Assembly (NCBI RefSeq): GCF_017348835.2 | Contig: NZ_CP071375.1 | From: Escherichia coli | Lineage (GTDB): Bacteria > Pseudomonadota > Gammaproteobacteria > Enterobacterales > Enterobacteriaceae | Reading direction: 5' to 3' (one strand) | Length of the DNA stretch: 64,000 nucleotides | Position numbers and translations under genes: made by a program | The notes under the pieces: model-generated | Databases searched by the model: none | What the model was told of the DNA's origin: nothing | Seen by the model: only the letters and a program-made list of their open reading frames with translations | Shown: in pieces, positions 10,922 to 21,983 of the stretch | Layout: each line of letters begins with the position of its first letter | Position numbering within the stretch: position 1 is the first letter of the stretch

Positions 10922-13900
10922 ATGAGTAAATTCCTGGACCGGTTTCGCTACTTCAAACAGAAGGGTGAAACCTTTGCCGATGGGCATGGCCAGCTTCTCA
11001 ATACCAACCGTGACTGGGAGGATGGATATCGCCAGCGTTGGCAGCATGACAAAATCGTCCGCTCTACCCACGGGGTAAACTGCACCGGCTCCTGCAGCTG
11101 GAAAATCTACGTCAAAAACGGTCTGGTCACCTGGGAAACCCAGCAGACTGACTACCCGCGTACCCGTCCGGATCTGCCAAACCATGAACCTCGCGGCTGC
11201 CCGCGCGGTGCCAGCTACTCCTGGTATCTTTACAGTGCCAACCGCCTGAAATACCCGATGATGCGCAAACGCCTGATGAAAATGTGGCGTGAAGCGAAGG
11301 CGCTGCATAGCGATCCGGTTGAGGCATGGGCTTCTATCATTGAAGACGCCGATAAAGCGAAAAGCTTTAAGCAGGCGCGTGGACGCGGTGGTTTTGTTCG
11401 TTCTTCCTGGCAGGAGGTGAACGAACTGATCGCCGCATCTAACGTTTACACCATCAAAAACTACGGCCCGGACCGTGTTGCTGGTTTCTCGCCAATTCCG
11501 GCAATGTCGATGGTTTCTTACGCATCGGGTGCACGCTATCTCTCGCTGATTGGCGGTACTTGCTTAAGCTTCTACGACTGGTACTGCGACCTGCCTCCTG
11601 CGTCTCCGCAAACCTGGGGCGAGCAAACTGACGTACCGGAATCTGCTGACTGGTACAACTCCAGCTACATCATCGCCTGGGGTTCAAACGTGCCGCAGAC
11701 GCGTACCCCGGATGCTCACTTCTTTACTGAAGTGCGTTACAAAGGCACCAAAACTGTTGCCGTCACACCAGACTACGCTGAAATCGCCAAACTGTGCGAT
11801 CTGTGGCTGGCACCGAAACAGGGCACCGATGCGGCAATGGCGCTGGCGATGGGCCACGTAATGCTGCGTGAATTCCACCTCGACAACCCAAGCCAGTATT
11901 TCACCGACTATGTGCGTCGCTACACCGACATGCCGATGCTGGTGATGCTGGAAGAACGCGACGGTTACTACGCTGCAGGTCGTATGCTGCGCGCTGCTGA
12001 TCTGGTTGATGCGCTGGGCCAGGAAAACAATCCGGAATGGAAAACTGTCGCCTTTAATACCAATGGCGAAATGGTTGCGCCGAACGGTTCTATTGGCTTC
12101 CGCTGGGGCGAGAAGGGCAAATGGAATCTTGAGCAGCGCGACGGCAAAACTGGCGAAGAAACCGAGCTGCAACTGAGCCTGCTGGGTAGCCAGGATGAGA
12201 TCGCTGAGGTAGGCTTCCCGTACTTTGGTGGCGACGGCACGGAACACTTCAACAAAGTGGAACTGGAAAACGTGCTGCTGCACAAACTGCCGGTGAAACG
12301 CCTGCAACTGGCTGATGGCAGCACCGCCTTGGTGACCACCGTTTATGATCTGACGCTGGCAAACTACGGTCTGGAACGTGGCCTGAACGACGTTAACTGT
12401 GCAACCAGCTATGACGATGTGAAAGCTTATACCCCGGCCTGGGCCGAGCAGATTACCGGCGTTTCTCGCAGCCAGATTATTCGCATCGCCCGTGAATTTG
12501 CCGATAACGCTGATAAAACGCACGGTCGTTCGATGATTATCGTCGGTGCGGGGCTGAACCACTGGTATCACCTCGATATGAACTATCGTGGTCTGATCAA
12601 CATGCTGATTTTCTGCGGCTGTGTCGGTCAGAGCGGGGGCGGCTGGGCGCACTATGTAGGTCAGGAAAAACTGCGTCCGCAAACCGGCTGGCAGCCGCTG
12701 GCGTTTGCCCTTGACTGGCAGCGTCCGGCGCGTCACATGAACAGCACTTCTTATTTCTATAACCACTCCAGCCAGTGGCGTTATGAAACCGTCACGGCGG
12801 AAGAGTTGCTGTCACCGATGGCGGATAAATCCCGTTATACCGGACACCTGATCGACTTTAACGTCCGTGCGGAACGCATGGGCTGGCTGCCGTCTGCACC
12901 GCAGTTAGGCACTAACCCGCTGACTATCGCTGGCGAAGCGGAAAAAGCCGGGATGAATCCGGTGGACTATACGGTGAAATCCCTGAAAGAGGGTTCCATC
13001 CGTTTTGCGGCAGAACAACCAGAAAACGGTAAAAACCACCCGCGCAACCTGTTCATCTGGCGTTCTAACCTGCTCGGTTCTTCCGGTAAAGGTCATGAGT
13101 TTATGCTCAAGTACCTGCTGGGGACGGAGCACGGTATCCAGGGTAAAGATCTGGGGCAGCAGGGCGGCGTGAAGCCGGAAGAAGTGGACTGGCAGGACAA
13201 TGGTCTGGAAGGCAAGCTGGATCTGGTGGTTACGCTGGACTTCCGTCTGTCGAGCACCTGTCTCTATTCCGACATCATTTTGCCGACGGCGACCTGGTAC
13301 GAAAAAGACGACATGAATACTTCGGATATGCATCCGTTTATTCACCCGCTGTCTGCGGCAGTCGATCCGGCCTGGGAAGCGAAAAGCGACTGGGAAATCT
13401 ACAAAGCCATCGCGAAGAAATTCTCCGAAGTGTGCGTCGGCCATCTGGGTAAAGAAACCGACATCGTCACGCTGCCTATCCAGCACGACTCTGCCGCTGA
13501 ACTGGCGCAGCCGCTGGATGTGAAAGACTGGAAAAAAGGCGAATGCGACCTGATCCCAGGCAAAACTGCACCGCACATTATGGTCGTAGAGCGCGATTAT
13601 CCGGCAACTTACGAACGCTTTACCTCTATCGGCCCGCTGATGGAGAAAATCGGTAACGGCGGTAAAGGGATTGCCTGGAACACCCAGAGCGAGATGGATC
13701 TGCTGCGTAAGCTCAACTACACCAAAGCGGAAGGTCCGGCGAAAGGCCAGCCGATGCTGAACACCGCAATTGATGCGGCAGAGATGATCCTGACACTGGC
13801 ACCGGAAACCAACGGTCAGGTAGCCGTGAAAGCCTGGGCTGCCCTGAGCGAATTTACCGGTCGTGACCATACGCATCTGGCGCTGAATAAAGAAGACGAG

Positions 13901-14665
13901 AAGATCCGCTTCCGCGATATTCAGGCACAGCCGCGCAAAATTATCTCCAGCCCGACCTGGTCTGGTCTGGAAGATGAACATGTTTCTTACAACGCCGGTT
14001 ACACCAACGTTCACGAGCTGATCCCATGGCGTACGCTCTCTGGTCGTCAGCAACTGTATCAGGATCACCAGTGGATGCGTGATTTCGGTGAAAGCCTGCT
14101 GGTTTATCGTCCGCCGATCGACACCCGTTCGGTGAAAGAAGTGATAGGCCAGAAATCCAACGGCAACCCGGAAAAAGCGCTCAACTTCCTGACGCCGCAC
14201 CAGAAGTGGGGTATCCACTCCACCTACAGCGACAACCTGCTGATGCTGACTTTAGGTCGCGGTGGGCCGGTGGTCTGGTTGAGTGAAGCCGATGCCAAAG
14301 ATCTGGGTATCGCCGATAACGACTGGATTGAAGTATTCAACAGCAACGGTGCTCTGACTGCCCGTGCGGTTGTCAGCCAGCGTGTTCCGGCAGGGATGAC
14401 CATGATGTACCACGCGCAGGAACGTATCGTTAACCTGCCTGGTTCGGAAATTACCCAACAGCGTGGTGGTATCCATAACTCGGTCACCCGTATCACGCCG
14501 AAACCGACGCATATGATCGGCGGCTATGCCCATCTGGCATACGGCTTTAACTACTACGGCACCGTAGGTTCTAACCGCGATGAGTTTGTTGTAGTGCGTA
14601 AGATGAAGAACATTGACTGGTTAGATGGCGAAGGCAATGACCAGGTACAGGAGAGCGTAAAATGA
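10922..14665 (+). CDS. narG: Respiratory nitrate reductase A alpha subunit NarG, 1247 aa
   Basis: Protein and synteny match; stop overlaps the narH start (ATGA). Confidence 0.95.
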   Translation: MSKFLDRFRYFKQKGETFADGHGQLLNTNRDWEDGYRQRWQHDKIVRSTHGVNCTGSCSWKIYVKNGLVTWETQQTDYPRTRPDLPNHEPRGCPRGASYSWYLYSANRLKYPMMRKRLMKMWREAKALHSDPVEAWASIIEDADKAKSFKQARGRGGFVRSSWQEVNELIAASNVYTIKNYGPDRVAGFSPIPAMSMVSYASGARYLSLIGGTCLSFYDWYCDLPPASPQTWGEQTDVPESADWYNSSYIIAWGSNVPQTRTPDAHFFTEVRYKGTKTVAVTPDYAEIAKLCDLWLAPKQGTDAAMALAMGHVMLREFHLDNPSQYFTDYVRRYTDMPMLVMLEERDGYYAAGRMLRAADLVDALGQENNPEWKTVAFNTNGEMVAPNGSIGFRWGEKGKWNLEQRDGKTGEETELQLSLLGSQDEIAEVGFPYFGGDGTEHFNKVELENVLLHKLPVKRLQLADGSTALVTTVYDLTLANYGLERGLNDVNCATSYDDVKAYTPAWAEQITGVSRSQIIRIAREFADNADKTHGRSMIIVGAGLNHWYHLDMNYRGLINMLIFCGCVGQSGGGWAHYVGQEKLRPQTGWQPLAFALDWQRPARHMNSTSYFYNHSSQWRYETVTAEELLSPMADKSRYTGHLIDFNVRAERMGWLPSAPQLGTNPLTIAGEAEKAGMNPVDYTVKSLKEGSIRFAAEQPENGKNHPRNLFIWRSNLLGSSGKGHEFMLKYLLGTEHGIQGKDLGQQGGVKPEEVDWQDNGLEGKLDLVVTLDFRLSSTCLYSDIILPTATWYEKDDMNTSDMHPFIHPLSAAVDPAWEAKSDWEIYKAIAKKFSEVCVGHLGKETDIVTLPIQHDSAAELAQPLDVKDWKKGECDLIPGKTAPHIMVVERDYPATYERFTSIGPLMEKIGNGGKGIAWNTQSEMDLLRKLNYTKAEGPAKGQPMLNTAIDAAEMILTLAPETNGQVAVKAWAALSEFTGRDHTHLALNKEDEKIRFRDIQAQPRKIISSPTWSGLEDEHVSYNAGYTNVHELIPWRTLSGRQQLYQDHQWMRDFGESLLVYRPPIDTRSVKEVIGQKSNGNPEKALNFLTPHQKWGIHSTYSDNLLMLTLGRGGPVVWLSEADAKDLGIADNDWIEVFNSNGALTARAVVSQRVPAGMTMMYHAQERIVNLPGSEITQQRGGIHNSVTRITPKPTHMIGGYAHLAYGFNYYGTVGSNRDEFVVVRKMKNIDWLDGEGNDQVQESVK

Positions 14666-16200
14666 AAATTCGTTCACAAGTCGGCATGGTGCTGAATCTC
14701 GATAAGTGCATCGGCTGCCACACCTGTTCAGTTACCTGTAAAAACGTCTGGACCAGCCGTGAAGGCGTGGAATACGCGTGGTTCAACAACGTGGAAACCA
14801 AGCCGGGCCAGGGCTTCCCGACTGACTGGGAAAACCAGGAAAAATACAAAGGCGGCTGGATCCGTAAAATCAACGGCAAACTGCAGCCGCGCATGGGTAA
14901 CCGTGCCATGCTGCTGGGTAAAATCTTCGCTAACCCGCATCTGCCGGGGATCGACGATTATTACGAGCCGTTCGATTTTGACTATCAGAACCTGCATACC
15001 GCGCCGGAAGGCAGCAAATCACAGCCGATTGCCCGTCCGCGTTCGCTGATTACCGGGGAACGGATGGCGAAAATCGAAAAAGGGCCGAACTGGGAAGATG
15101 ACCTGGGCGGTGAGTTTGACAAGCTGGCGAAAGACAAGAACTTCGACAACATCCAGAAGGCGATGTATAGCCAGTTCGAAAACACCTTCATGATGTATTT
15201 GCCGCGCCTGTGCGAACACTGCCTGAACCCGGCATGTGTGGCGACCTGCCCGAGCGGTGCGATTTACAAGCGTGAAGAAGATGGCATCGTCCTGATCGAC
15301 CAGGATAAATGCCGTGGCTGGCGTATGTGCATCACCGGATGCCCGTACAAAAAAATCTACTTCAACTGGAAGAGCGGTAAGTCTGAGAAGTGCATCTTCT
15401 GCTATCCGCGTATTGAAGCGGGTCAGCCGACCGTGTGCTCAGAAACCTGTGTCGGTCGTATCCGTTATCTTGGCGTGCTGCTGTACGATGCCGACGCGAT
15501 TGAACGTGCAGCCAGCACCGAGAACGAGAAAGATCTCTACCAGCGTCAGCTGGAGGTGTTCCTCGATCCGAACGATCCGAAAGTCATCGAGCAGGCGATT
15601 AAAGACGGTATTCCGCTGAGCGTTATTGAAGCTGCACAGCAGTCGCCGGTTTATAAAATGGCAATGGAATGGAAACTGGCGCTGCCGCTGCATCCAGAAT
15701 ATCGCACACTGCCGATGGTCTGGTACGTGCCGCCTCTGTCTCCGATTCAGTCTGCAGCAGACGCGGGTGAGCTGGGTAGCAACGGCATTCTGCCAGACGT
15801 CGAAAGCCTGCGTATTCCGGTACAGTATCTGGCGAATCTGCTGACCGCCGGTGATACCAAACCGGTACTGCGCGCGCTGAAACGTATGCTGGCGATGCGT
15901 CATTACAAACGTGCTGAAACCGTTGACGGTAAAGTTGATACCCGTGCGCTGGAAGAGGTCGGTCTGACCGAAGCCCAGGCACAGGAGATGTACCGTTATC
16001 TGGCGATTGCTAACTACGAAGATCGCTTTGTGGTGCCGAGTAGTCATCGTGAACTGGCACGGGAAGCCTTCCCGGAGAAAAATGGCTGCGGCTTTACCTT
16101 TGGTGATGGCTGCCACGGTTCAGATACCAAATTCAATCTGTTCAACAGCCGTCGTATCGATGCCATCGATGTGACCAGCAAAACGGAGCCGCATCCATGA
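14662..16200 (+). CDS. narH: Nitrate reductase A beta subunit NarH (Fe-S), 512 aa
   Basis: Cys-cluster motifs (CIGCHTCSVTC, CEHCLNPACVATCP); synteny. Confidence 0.95.
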   Translation: MKIRSQVGMVLNLDKCIGCHTCSVTCKNVWTSREGVEYAWFNNVETKPGQGFPTDWENQEKYKGGWIRKINGKLQPRMGNRAMLLGKIFANPHLPGIDDYYEPFDFDYQNLHTAPEGSKSQPIARPRSLITGERMAKIEKGPNWEDDLGGEFDKLAKDKNFDNIQKAMYSQFENTFMMYLPRLCEHCLNPACVATCPSGAIYKREEDGIVLIDQDKCRGWRMCITGCPYKKIYFNWKSGKSEKCIFCYPRIEAGQPTVCSETCVGRIRYLGVLLYDADAIERAASTENEKDLYQRQLEVFLDPNDPKVIEQAIKDGIPLSVIEAAQQSPVYKMAMEWKLALPLHPEYRTLPMVWYVPPLSPIQSAADAGELGSNGILPDVESLRIPVQYLANLLTAGDTKPVLRALKRMLAMRHYKRAETVDGKVDTRALEEVGLTEAQAQEMYRYLAIANYEDRFVVPSSHRELAREAFPEKNGCGFTFGDGCHGSDTKFNLFNSRRIDAIDVTSKTEPHP

Positions 16201-16907
16201 TCGAACTCGTGATTGTATCGCGTCTCCTTGAATATCCGGATGCTGCCTTATGGCAGCATCAACAAGAGATGTTTGAGGCGATTGCCGCGTCGAAAAATCT
16301 GCCAAAAGAGGATGCCCATGCGCTGGGCATTTTCCTGCGCGATTTAACGACGATGGATCCGCTCGATGCCCAGGCGCAGTACAGCGAACTGTTCGACCGT
16401 GGCCGCGCCACGTCACTGTTGCTGTTTGAACATGTGCACGGCGAATCCCGCGACCGCGGCCAGGCGATGGTGGACCTGCTGGCGCAGTACGAGCAGCACG
16501 GCTTGCAGTTAAACAGCCGCGAATTGCCGGATCATCTGCCGCTGTATCTGGAGTACCTGTCGCAGCTGCCGCAAAGCGAAGCCGTGGAAGGTTTGAAAGA
16601 TATCGCGCCGATTCTGGCATTGCTGAGCGCGCGTCTGCAACAGCGTGAAAGCCGTTATGCCGTGCTGTTTGATCTGCTGCTGAAATTGGCCAATACCGCT
16701 ATCGACAGCGACAAAGTGGCGGAAAAAATTGCCGACGAAGCGCGCGATGATACGCCGCAGGCGCTGGATGCTGTCTGGGAAGAAGAGCAGGTTAAATTCT
16801 TTGCTGACAAAGGCTGCGGTGATTCAGCAATCACTGCTCATCAGCGTCGCTTTGCCGGTGCCGTCGCGCCGCAATATCTGAATATCACCACCGGAGGACA
16901 GCACTAA
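16197..16907 (+). CDS. narJ: Nitrate reductase assembly chaperone NarJ, 236 aa
   Basis: Protein and synteny; 4-nt overlaps at both ends. Confidence 0.92.
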   Translation: MIELVIVSRLLEYPDAALWQHQQEMFEAIAASKNLPKEDAHALGIFLRDLTTMDPLDAQAQYSELFDRGRATSLLLFEHVHGESRDRGQAMVDLLAQYEQHGLQLNSRELPDHLPLYLEYLSQLPQSEAVEGLKDIAPILALLSARLQQRESRYAVLFDLLLKLANTAIDSDKVAEKIADEARDDTPQALDAVWEEEQVKFFADKGCGDSAITAHQRRFAGAVAPQYLNITTGGQH

Positions 16908-17584
16908 TGCAATTCCTGAATATGTTCTTCTTTGATATCTACCCGTACATAGCCGGGGCGGTCTTCCTGATTGGTAGCTGGCTGCGTTATGACTACGGGC
17001 AGTACACCTGGCGCGCGGCGTCCAGCCAGATGCTGGATCGCAAAGGGATGAACCTGGCGTCGAACCTGTTCCATATCGGTATTCTGGGGATTTTTGTCGG
17101 TCACTTCTTCGGTATGTTGACGCCGCACTGGATGTATGAAGCCTGGCTGCCGATTGAAGTGAAACAGAAAATGGCGATGTTTGCTGGTGGTGCCAGCGGC
17201 GTGCTGTGTCTGATTGGCGGCGTGCTATTGCTCAAACGCCGCCTGTATAGCCCGCGCGTGCGTGCAACCACTACCGGAGCGGATATCCTGATCCTGTCGC
17301 TGCTCGTTATCCAGTGCGCGCTGGGCCTGCTGACCATTCCATTCTCCGCTCAGCATATGGACGGTAGCGAGATGATGAAACTGGTTGGCTGGGCGCAGTC
17401 GGTGGTGACCTTCCACGGTGGCGCTTCTCAACACCTCGATGGTGTGGCGTTTATCTTCCGTCTGCACCTGGTGCTGGGGATGACGTTATTCCTGCTGTTC
17501 CCATTCTCGCGTCTGGTACACATCTGGAGCGTACCGGTGGAGTATCTGACACGTAAGTACCAGCTGGTGCGCGCTCGTCACTAA
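16907..17584 (+). CDS. narI: Nitrate reductase A gamma subunit NarI (cytochrome b), 225 aa
   Basis: Protein and synteny. Confidence 0.92.
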   Translation: MQFLNMFFFDIYPYIAGAVFLIGSWLRYDYGQYTWRAASSQMLDRKGMNLASNLFHIGILGIFVGHFFGMLTPHWMYEAWLPIEVKQKMAMFAGGASGVLCLIGGVLLLKRRLYSPRVRATTTGADILILSLLVIQCALGLLTIPFSAQHMDGSEMMKLVGWAQSVVTFHGGASQHLDGVAFIFRLHLVLGMTLFLLFPFSRLVHIWSVPVEYLTRKYQLVRARH

Positions 17585-17605
17585 GCGAATTTTAGTTCAC
17601 ATAGA

Positions 17606-17628
17606 CCCTGCTTCGGCGGGGTTTTTTT
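17606..17628 (+). terminator. Rho-independent terminator of the narGHJI operon
   Basis: CCCTGCTTCGGCGGGG hairpin followed by T7. Confidence 0.6.
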
Positions 17629-17649
17629 ATGGGCACGGTGCGGGGTGAG

Positions 17650-17710
17650 TTGTCGGATGCGCTTCGCTTATCCGACCTACAGGGGAGGATATTGTAGGTC
17701 CGGTAAACGT
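17650..17710. repeat. REP-like palindromic unit(s)
   Basis: TGTCGGATGCGCTTCGCTTATCCGACCTACAGG resembles the REP consensus. Confidence 0.4.
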
Positions 17711-17767
17711 GGTGCCATCGGGCAAAATTAGCTCGGAGTAACAGGTTTTGATTATTTCAGGAAGCGA

Positions 17768-17945
17768 TGGTGGTGGGGGAAGGATTACTCAGCGCTGCGC
17801 GCTTCGCCCTTCGGGTCGTTGCCTGCGGCAACGCTCTCTCGCTGGCGCTCGAGTCGAACCTTGGTCGAAGCTTCTCGTCCTTCCCCGCTTGGGCAGAATA
17901 TTAATTTACGGATTCGCTTGAGAGTTCAGGTACTTTTGAAAGTGA
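17768..17945 (-). repeat. tpr: tyrT-distal repeat unit (about 178 bp) carrying a copy of the tRNA-Tyr 3' end; the region is known to encode the small protamine-like Tpr (ORF not delimited here)
   Basis: GATGGTGGTGGGGGAAGGATT recurs at 17768, 17945 and 18064. Confidence 0.5.
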
Positions 17946-18030
<85 letters not shown>

Positions 18031-18064
18031 AGGGGTAATTCAAATTTCGAGGTAATGCTTGAGA

Positions 18065-18149
<85 letters not shown>

Positions 18150-18194
18150 ACGGGGTAATGCTTTTTACTGGCCTGCTCCCTTATCGGGAAGCGG

Positions 18195-18230
18195 GGCGCA
18201 TCATATCAAATGACGCGCCGCTGTAAAGTG
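18195..18230 (-). promoter_or_regulatory. tyrT promoter (-35 TTTACA at 18223-18228, -10 TATGAT at 18200-18205, GC-rich discriminator GCGCCCCGCTTCC)
   Basis: Matches the classic stringently controlled tyrT promoter; hexamers read on the minus strand. Confidence 0.75.
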
Positions 18231-18308
18231 TTACGTTGAGAAAAATGAACTGGTTGCGTAATTTTCATCCGTAACGGATTAAAGGTAACCAGTTATTTTT
18301 GCTGGCGA

Positions 18309-19151
18309 TTAAAGAATAATCGTCCGATTACCGTAAACAAAGACGCGCTGCGCCAGTACTTTGTAGAGCGCGCGACTTAAGACGTTTTTCTCGACGTCAC
18401 GACCTGCGCGCATCATATCTTCAGCTGTGTAGGTATGATCGACATGAATAACGTCCTGCATGATGATTGGGCCTTCGTCCAGATTGTCATTCACATAGTG
18501 AGCGGTTGCGCCAATAATCTTCACGCCACGTTCATAGGCCTGGTGATAAGGACGTGCGCCGATAAACGCTGGCAGGAAGGAATGGTGAATATTGATGATC
18601 TTATTCGGGAAGCGTGACACAAATTCCGGTGTTAATACCCGCATATACTTCGCCAGCACCACGTAGTCAGGTTGATAAGCATCAATGGCATCCGCCATCT
18701 TTTGATCGTGCTCGTTGCGGCTTAACCCTTCATGGCTTACCAGCTCAAACGGAATATTAAAACGCTCAACCAGAGAACGCAAAGTATCGTGGTTACCAAT
18801 AACTGCCGCGATTTCGACATCCAGGCCGCCGTAATTGGCTTTCATCAACAAATCGCCAAGGCAATGAGCCTCTTTAGTGACCAGAATCACTATCCGGCGA
18901 CGACCGGCAGGATTCAGCTCACGCACGGAGCCTTCTGGCAATGCGCTATCGAGATCCGCCAGCAGGGTGGAATCATTAAAAATCCCTTCCAGTTCCGTGC
19001 GCATAAAAAAGCGCCCGGTACGGTGATCAACAAATTCATTGTTCTGTACGATATTTAACTCGTGCTTGTAGCAAATATTGGTAATACGTGCGATCAGACC
19101 TTTTTGGTCCGGACAAATAGTACGCAGAACTTTACGTTGGAGTGAATGCAT
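18309..19151 (-). CDS. purU: Formyltetrahydrofolate deformylase PurU, 280 aa
   Basis: Protein and synteny. Confidence 0.9.
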   Translation of the reverse strand: MHSLQRKVLRTICPDQKGLIARITNICYKHELNIVQNNEFVDHRTGRFFMRTELEGIFNDSTLLADLDSALPEGSVRELNPAGRRRIVILVTKEAHCLGDLLMKANYGGLDVEIAAVIGNHDTLRSLVERFNIPFELVSHEGLSRNEHDQKMADAIDAYQPDYVVLAKYMRVLTPEFVSRFPNKIINIHHSFLPAFIGARPYHQAYERGVKIIGATAHYVNDNLDEGPIIMQDVIHVDHTYTAEDMMRAGRDVEKNVLSRALYKVLAQRVFVYGNRTIIL

Positions 19152-19200
19152 TGCTGGAAAAACCTTGTTGAGAGTGTTTGCTAAACCGTACCGTCAACCA

Positions 19201-19659
19201 TTATTGGCCGCAGCACTTTTTAAATTTTTTACCTGAACCACAAGGGCAGGGATCGTTGCGGCCAAACTGCGGACGTGTACCGTCAATATAGTACCATTGA
19301 CCGTTTTCTTTCAAAAATCGCGAACGTTCAATTATTGCACCTGTTTTGCCACCTTCGGTAAATCGCGCAACAAAACTAACAAATCCGATATTGTCGGCGT
19401 CCTGCCAACAATGTTCAAATACGGTCAATCCCAACCATTCAGTATGCGCAAATCCGGCAATCAATTCGGCACGTAACGCCGCTGCTCCACAAGATGGATG
19501 CCAGGTCTTTATTAAATAATCTGCGTCTTGCATCACAAAAGCGCAGTAACGCGAACGCATGAGATGTTCTGGATCAGGTGCAACCTTTTCACCAGACACA
19601 TAAGGGTGGCAACATAGGCTATACTCGACAGCACTACCACAGGGACAAAGCTGAGACAC
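19201..19659 (-). CDS. ychJ: UPF0225 SEC-C-motif protein YchJ, 152 aa
   Basis: CPCGSG metal-binding motifs at both ends; start set at the GTG giving (M)SQLCPCGS. Confidence 0.75.
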   Translation of the reverse strand: MSQLCPCGSAVEYSLCCHPYVSGEKVAPDPEHLMRSRYCAFVMQDADYLIKTWHPSCGAAALRAELIAGFAHTEWLGLTVFEHCWQDADNIGFVSFVARFTEGGKTGAIIERSRFLKENGQWYYIDGTRPQFGRNDPCPCGSGKKFKKCCGQ

Positions 19660-19771
19660 AAATAATCTCCCTGGAAACAATAACGGCGTATTAACCGCCT
19701 GAGTAGCACTATGTTAACCGAGCAGTAGCGATGTGGCTACGATTGCATTCCAGGGGAATCTTGCGGGAATA

Positions 19772-20677
19772 ATGAGAAAGATAAAAATAGGGCTGGCGCT
19801 GGGATCTGGCGCGGCGAGAGGTTGGTCGCATATTGGCGTTATTAATGCGCTAAAAAAAGTGGGTATTGAAATTGATATCGTTGCAGGATGTTCAATTGGT
19901 TCGCTGGTGGGCGCGGCCTATGCATGCGATCGATTATCTGCGCTGGAAGATTGGGTAACCTCTTTCAGTTATTGGGATGTTTTACGCCTGATGGATCTCT
20001 CCTGGCAGCGCGGTGGGTTACTGCGCGGCGAGCGTGTCTTCAATCAATACCGCGAAATAATGCCGGAAACAGAGATCGAAAATTGTTCCCGTCGCTTCGC
20101 GGCTGTTGCCACCAATTTAAGTACGGGGCGTGAATTATGGTTTACTGAAGGCGATCTCCATCTTGCTATTCGCGCATCATGCAGTATTCCAGGACTCATG
20201 GCACCCGTTGCGCATAACGGCTACTGGCTGGTTGATGGGGCAGTCGTTAACCCAATTCCTATTTCGCTCACGCGTGCATTGGGTGCTGATATTGTGATAG
20301 CGGTCGACCTGCAGCACGATGCTCATTTGATGCAACAAGATTTGCTCTCCTTTAATGTCAGTGAAGAAAATAGCGAGAATGGTGATTCTCTGCCGTGGCA
20401 TGCGCGTCTGAAAGAAAGGTTAGGCAGCATAACGACACGTCGGGCGGTGACAGCACCAACGGCAACAGAGATTATGACCACTTCTATCCAGGTGCTGGAG
20501 AACCGCCTTAAAAGGAACCGCATGGCAGGTGATCCGCCCGATATTCTGATTCAACCTGTTTGCCCGCAAATATCTACGCTTGATTTCCATCGCGCGCACG
20601 CTGCCATTGCGGCCGGACAGCTGGCAGTGGAAAAGAAAATGGACGAACTTTTGCCGTTGGTACGCACCAACATTTGA
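19772..20677 (+). CDS. rssA: Patatin-like phospholipase RssA, 301 aa
   Basis: GxGxxG and GCSIG motifs; start set at the ATG giving MRKIKIGLALGSG. Confidence 0.8.
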   Translation: MRKIKIGLALGSGAARGWSHIGVINALKKVGIEIDIVAGCSIGSLVGAAYACDRLSALEDWVTSFSYWDVLRLMDLSWQRGGLLRGERVFNQYREIMPETEIENCSRRFAAVATNLSTGRELWFTEGDLHLAIRASCSIPGLMAPVAHNGYWLVDGAVVNPIPISLTRALGADIVIAVDLQHDAHLMQQDLLSFNVSEENSENGDSLPWHARLKERLGSITTRRAVTAPTATEIMTTSIQVLENRLKRNRMAGDPPDILIQPVCPQISTLDFHRAHAAIAAGQLAVEKKMDELLPLVRTNI

Positions 20678-20768
20678 CCAGAATTTTTATCTACACTTAA
20701 GTTAATTCTGACAGGCGCAGGTGGCAATAGCATGCCACTATTGAGTAAAGCCAGTCAGGGGAGAGAAC

Positions 20769-21782
20769 ATGACGCAGCCATTGGTCGGAAAACAGATTCT
20801 CATTGTTGAAGATGAGCAGGTATTTCGCTCGCTTCTGGATTCGTGGTTTTCCTCATTGGGAGCGACAACGGTACTGGCGGCTGATGGGGTGGATGCCCTT
20901 GAGTTGCTGGGAGGTTTCACTCCAGACCTGATGATATGTGATATCGCGATGCCACGAATGAACGGGCTTAAACTGCTGGAACATATACGCAACAGAGGTG
21001 ATCAGACACCGGTTCTGGTGATATCTGCCACCGAAAATATGGCAGATATTGCCAAAGCGTTACGTCTGGGCGTTGAAGATGTTTTGCTGAAACCAGTTAA
21101 AGATCTGAATCGCTTGCGCGAGATGGTTTTTGCCTGTCTCTATCCCAGCATGTTTAATTCGCGCGTTGAGGAAGAGGAAAGGCTTTTTCGCGACTGGGAT
21201 GCAATGGTTGATAACCCTGCCGCAGCGGCGAAATTATTACAGGAACTACAACCGCCGGTTCAGCAGGTGATTTCCCATTGCCGGGTTAATTACCGTCAAT
21301 TGGTTGCCGCGGACAAACCCGGCCTGGTGCTTGATATTGCCGCACTTTCGGAAAACGATCTGGCATTTTATTGCCTTGATGTAACCCGAGCTGGACATAA
21401 TGGCGTACTTGCTGCCTTGTTATTACGCGCATTGTTTAACGGATTATTACAGGAACAGCTTGCACACCAAAATCAACGGTTGCCAGAGTTGGGCGCGTTA
21501 TTGAAGCAGGTAAACCATTTACTCCGTCAGGCCAATCTGCCGGGGCAGTTTCCGCTATTAGTTGGCTATTATCATCGCGAACTGAAAAATCTCATTCTGG
21601 TTTCTGCGGGTCTGAATGCGACGTTAAATACCGGCGAACACCAGGTGCAAATCAGTAATGGTGTTCCGTTAGGCACTTTAGGTAACGCTTATTTGAATCA
21701 ATTGAGCCAGCGATGCGATGCCTGGCAATGCCAAATATGGGGAACCGGTGGTCGACTGCGCTTGATGTTGTCTGCAGAATGA
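20769..21782 (+). CDS. rssB: RpoS-degradation adaptor response regulator RssB, 337 aa
   Basis: Receiver domain N-terminus; synteny. Confidence 0.9.
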   Translation: MTQPLVGKQILIVEDEQVFRSLLDSWFSSLGATTVLAADGVDALELLGGFTPDLMICDIAMPRMNGLKLLEHIRNRGDQTPVLVISATENMADIAKALRLGVEDVLLKPVKDLNRLREMVFACLYPSMFNSRVEEEERLFRDWDAMVDNPAAAAKLLQELQPPVQQVISHCRVNYRQLVAADKPGLVLDIAALSENDLAFYCLDVTRAGHNGVLAALLLRALFNGLLQEQLAHQNQRLPELGALLKQVNHLLRQANLPGQFPLLVGYYHRELKNLILVSAGLNATLNTGEHQVQISNGVPLGTLGNAYLNQLSQRCDAWQCQIWGTGGRLRLMLSAE

Positions 21783-21983
21783 GCAAACGATAACGCGGGC
21801 TAAATTTGCATTACCTGCTAATGTCGGCTGGTGGTACTATCGTCGCCATTCGTATAAGTAATTGTCTTAATTATGCTAACTCGCCTCCTTTTCAGAACTT
21901 AGCCCCTTCGGGGTGCTGATATACTGGGATGCGATACAGAAATATGAACACGTTCAAAACACGAACAGTCCAGGAGAATTTAA

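Noticed and set aside
11684-14218. 360-aa and 437-aa minus-strand ORFs
   Set aside because: Both lie antisense inside narG with low-complexity, Arg/Val-rich translations typical of reverse-frame artefacts.
15439-16116. 225-aa minus-strand ORF
   Set aside because: Antisense inside narH; no independent support.
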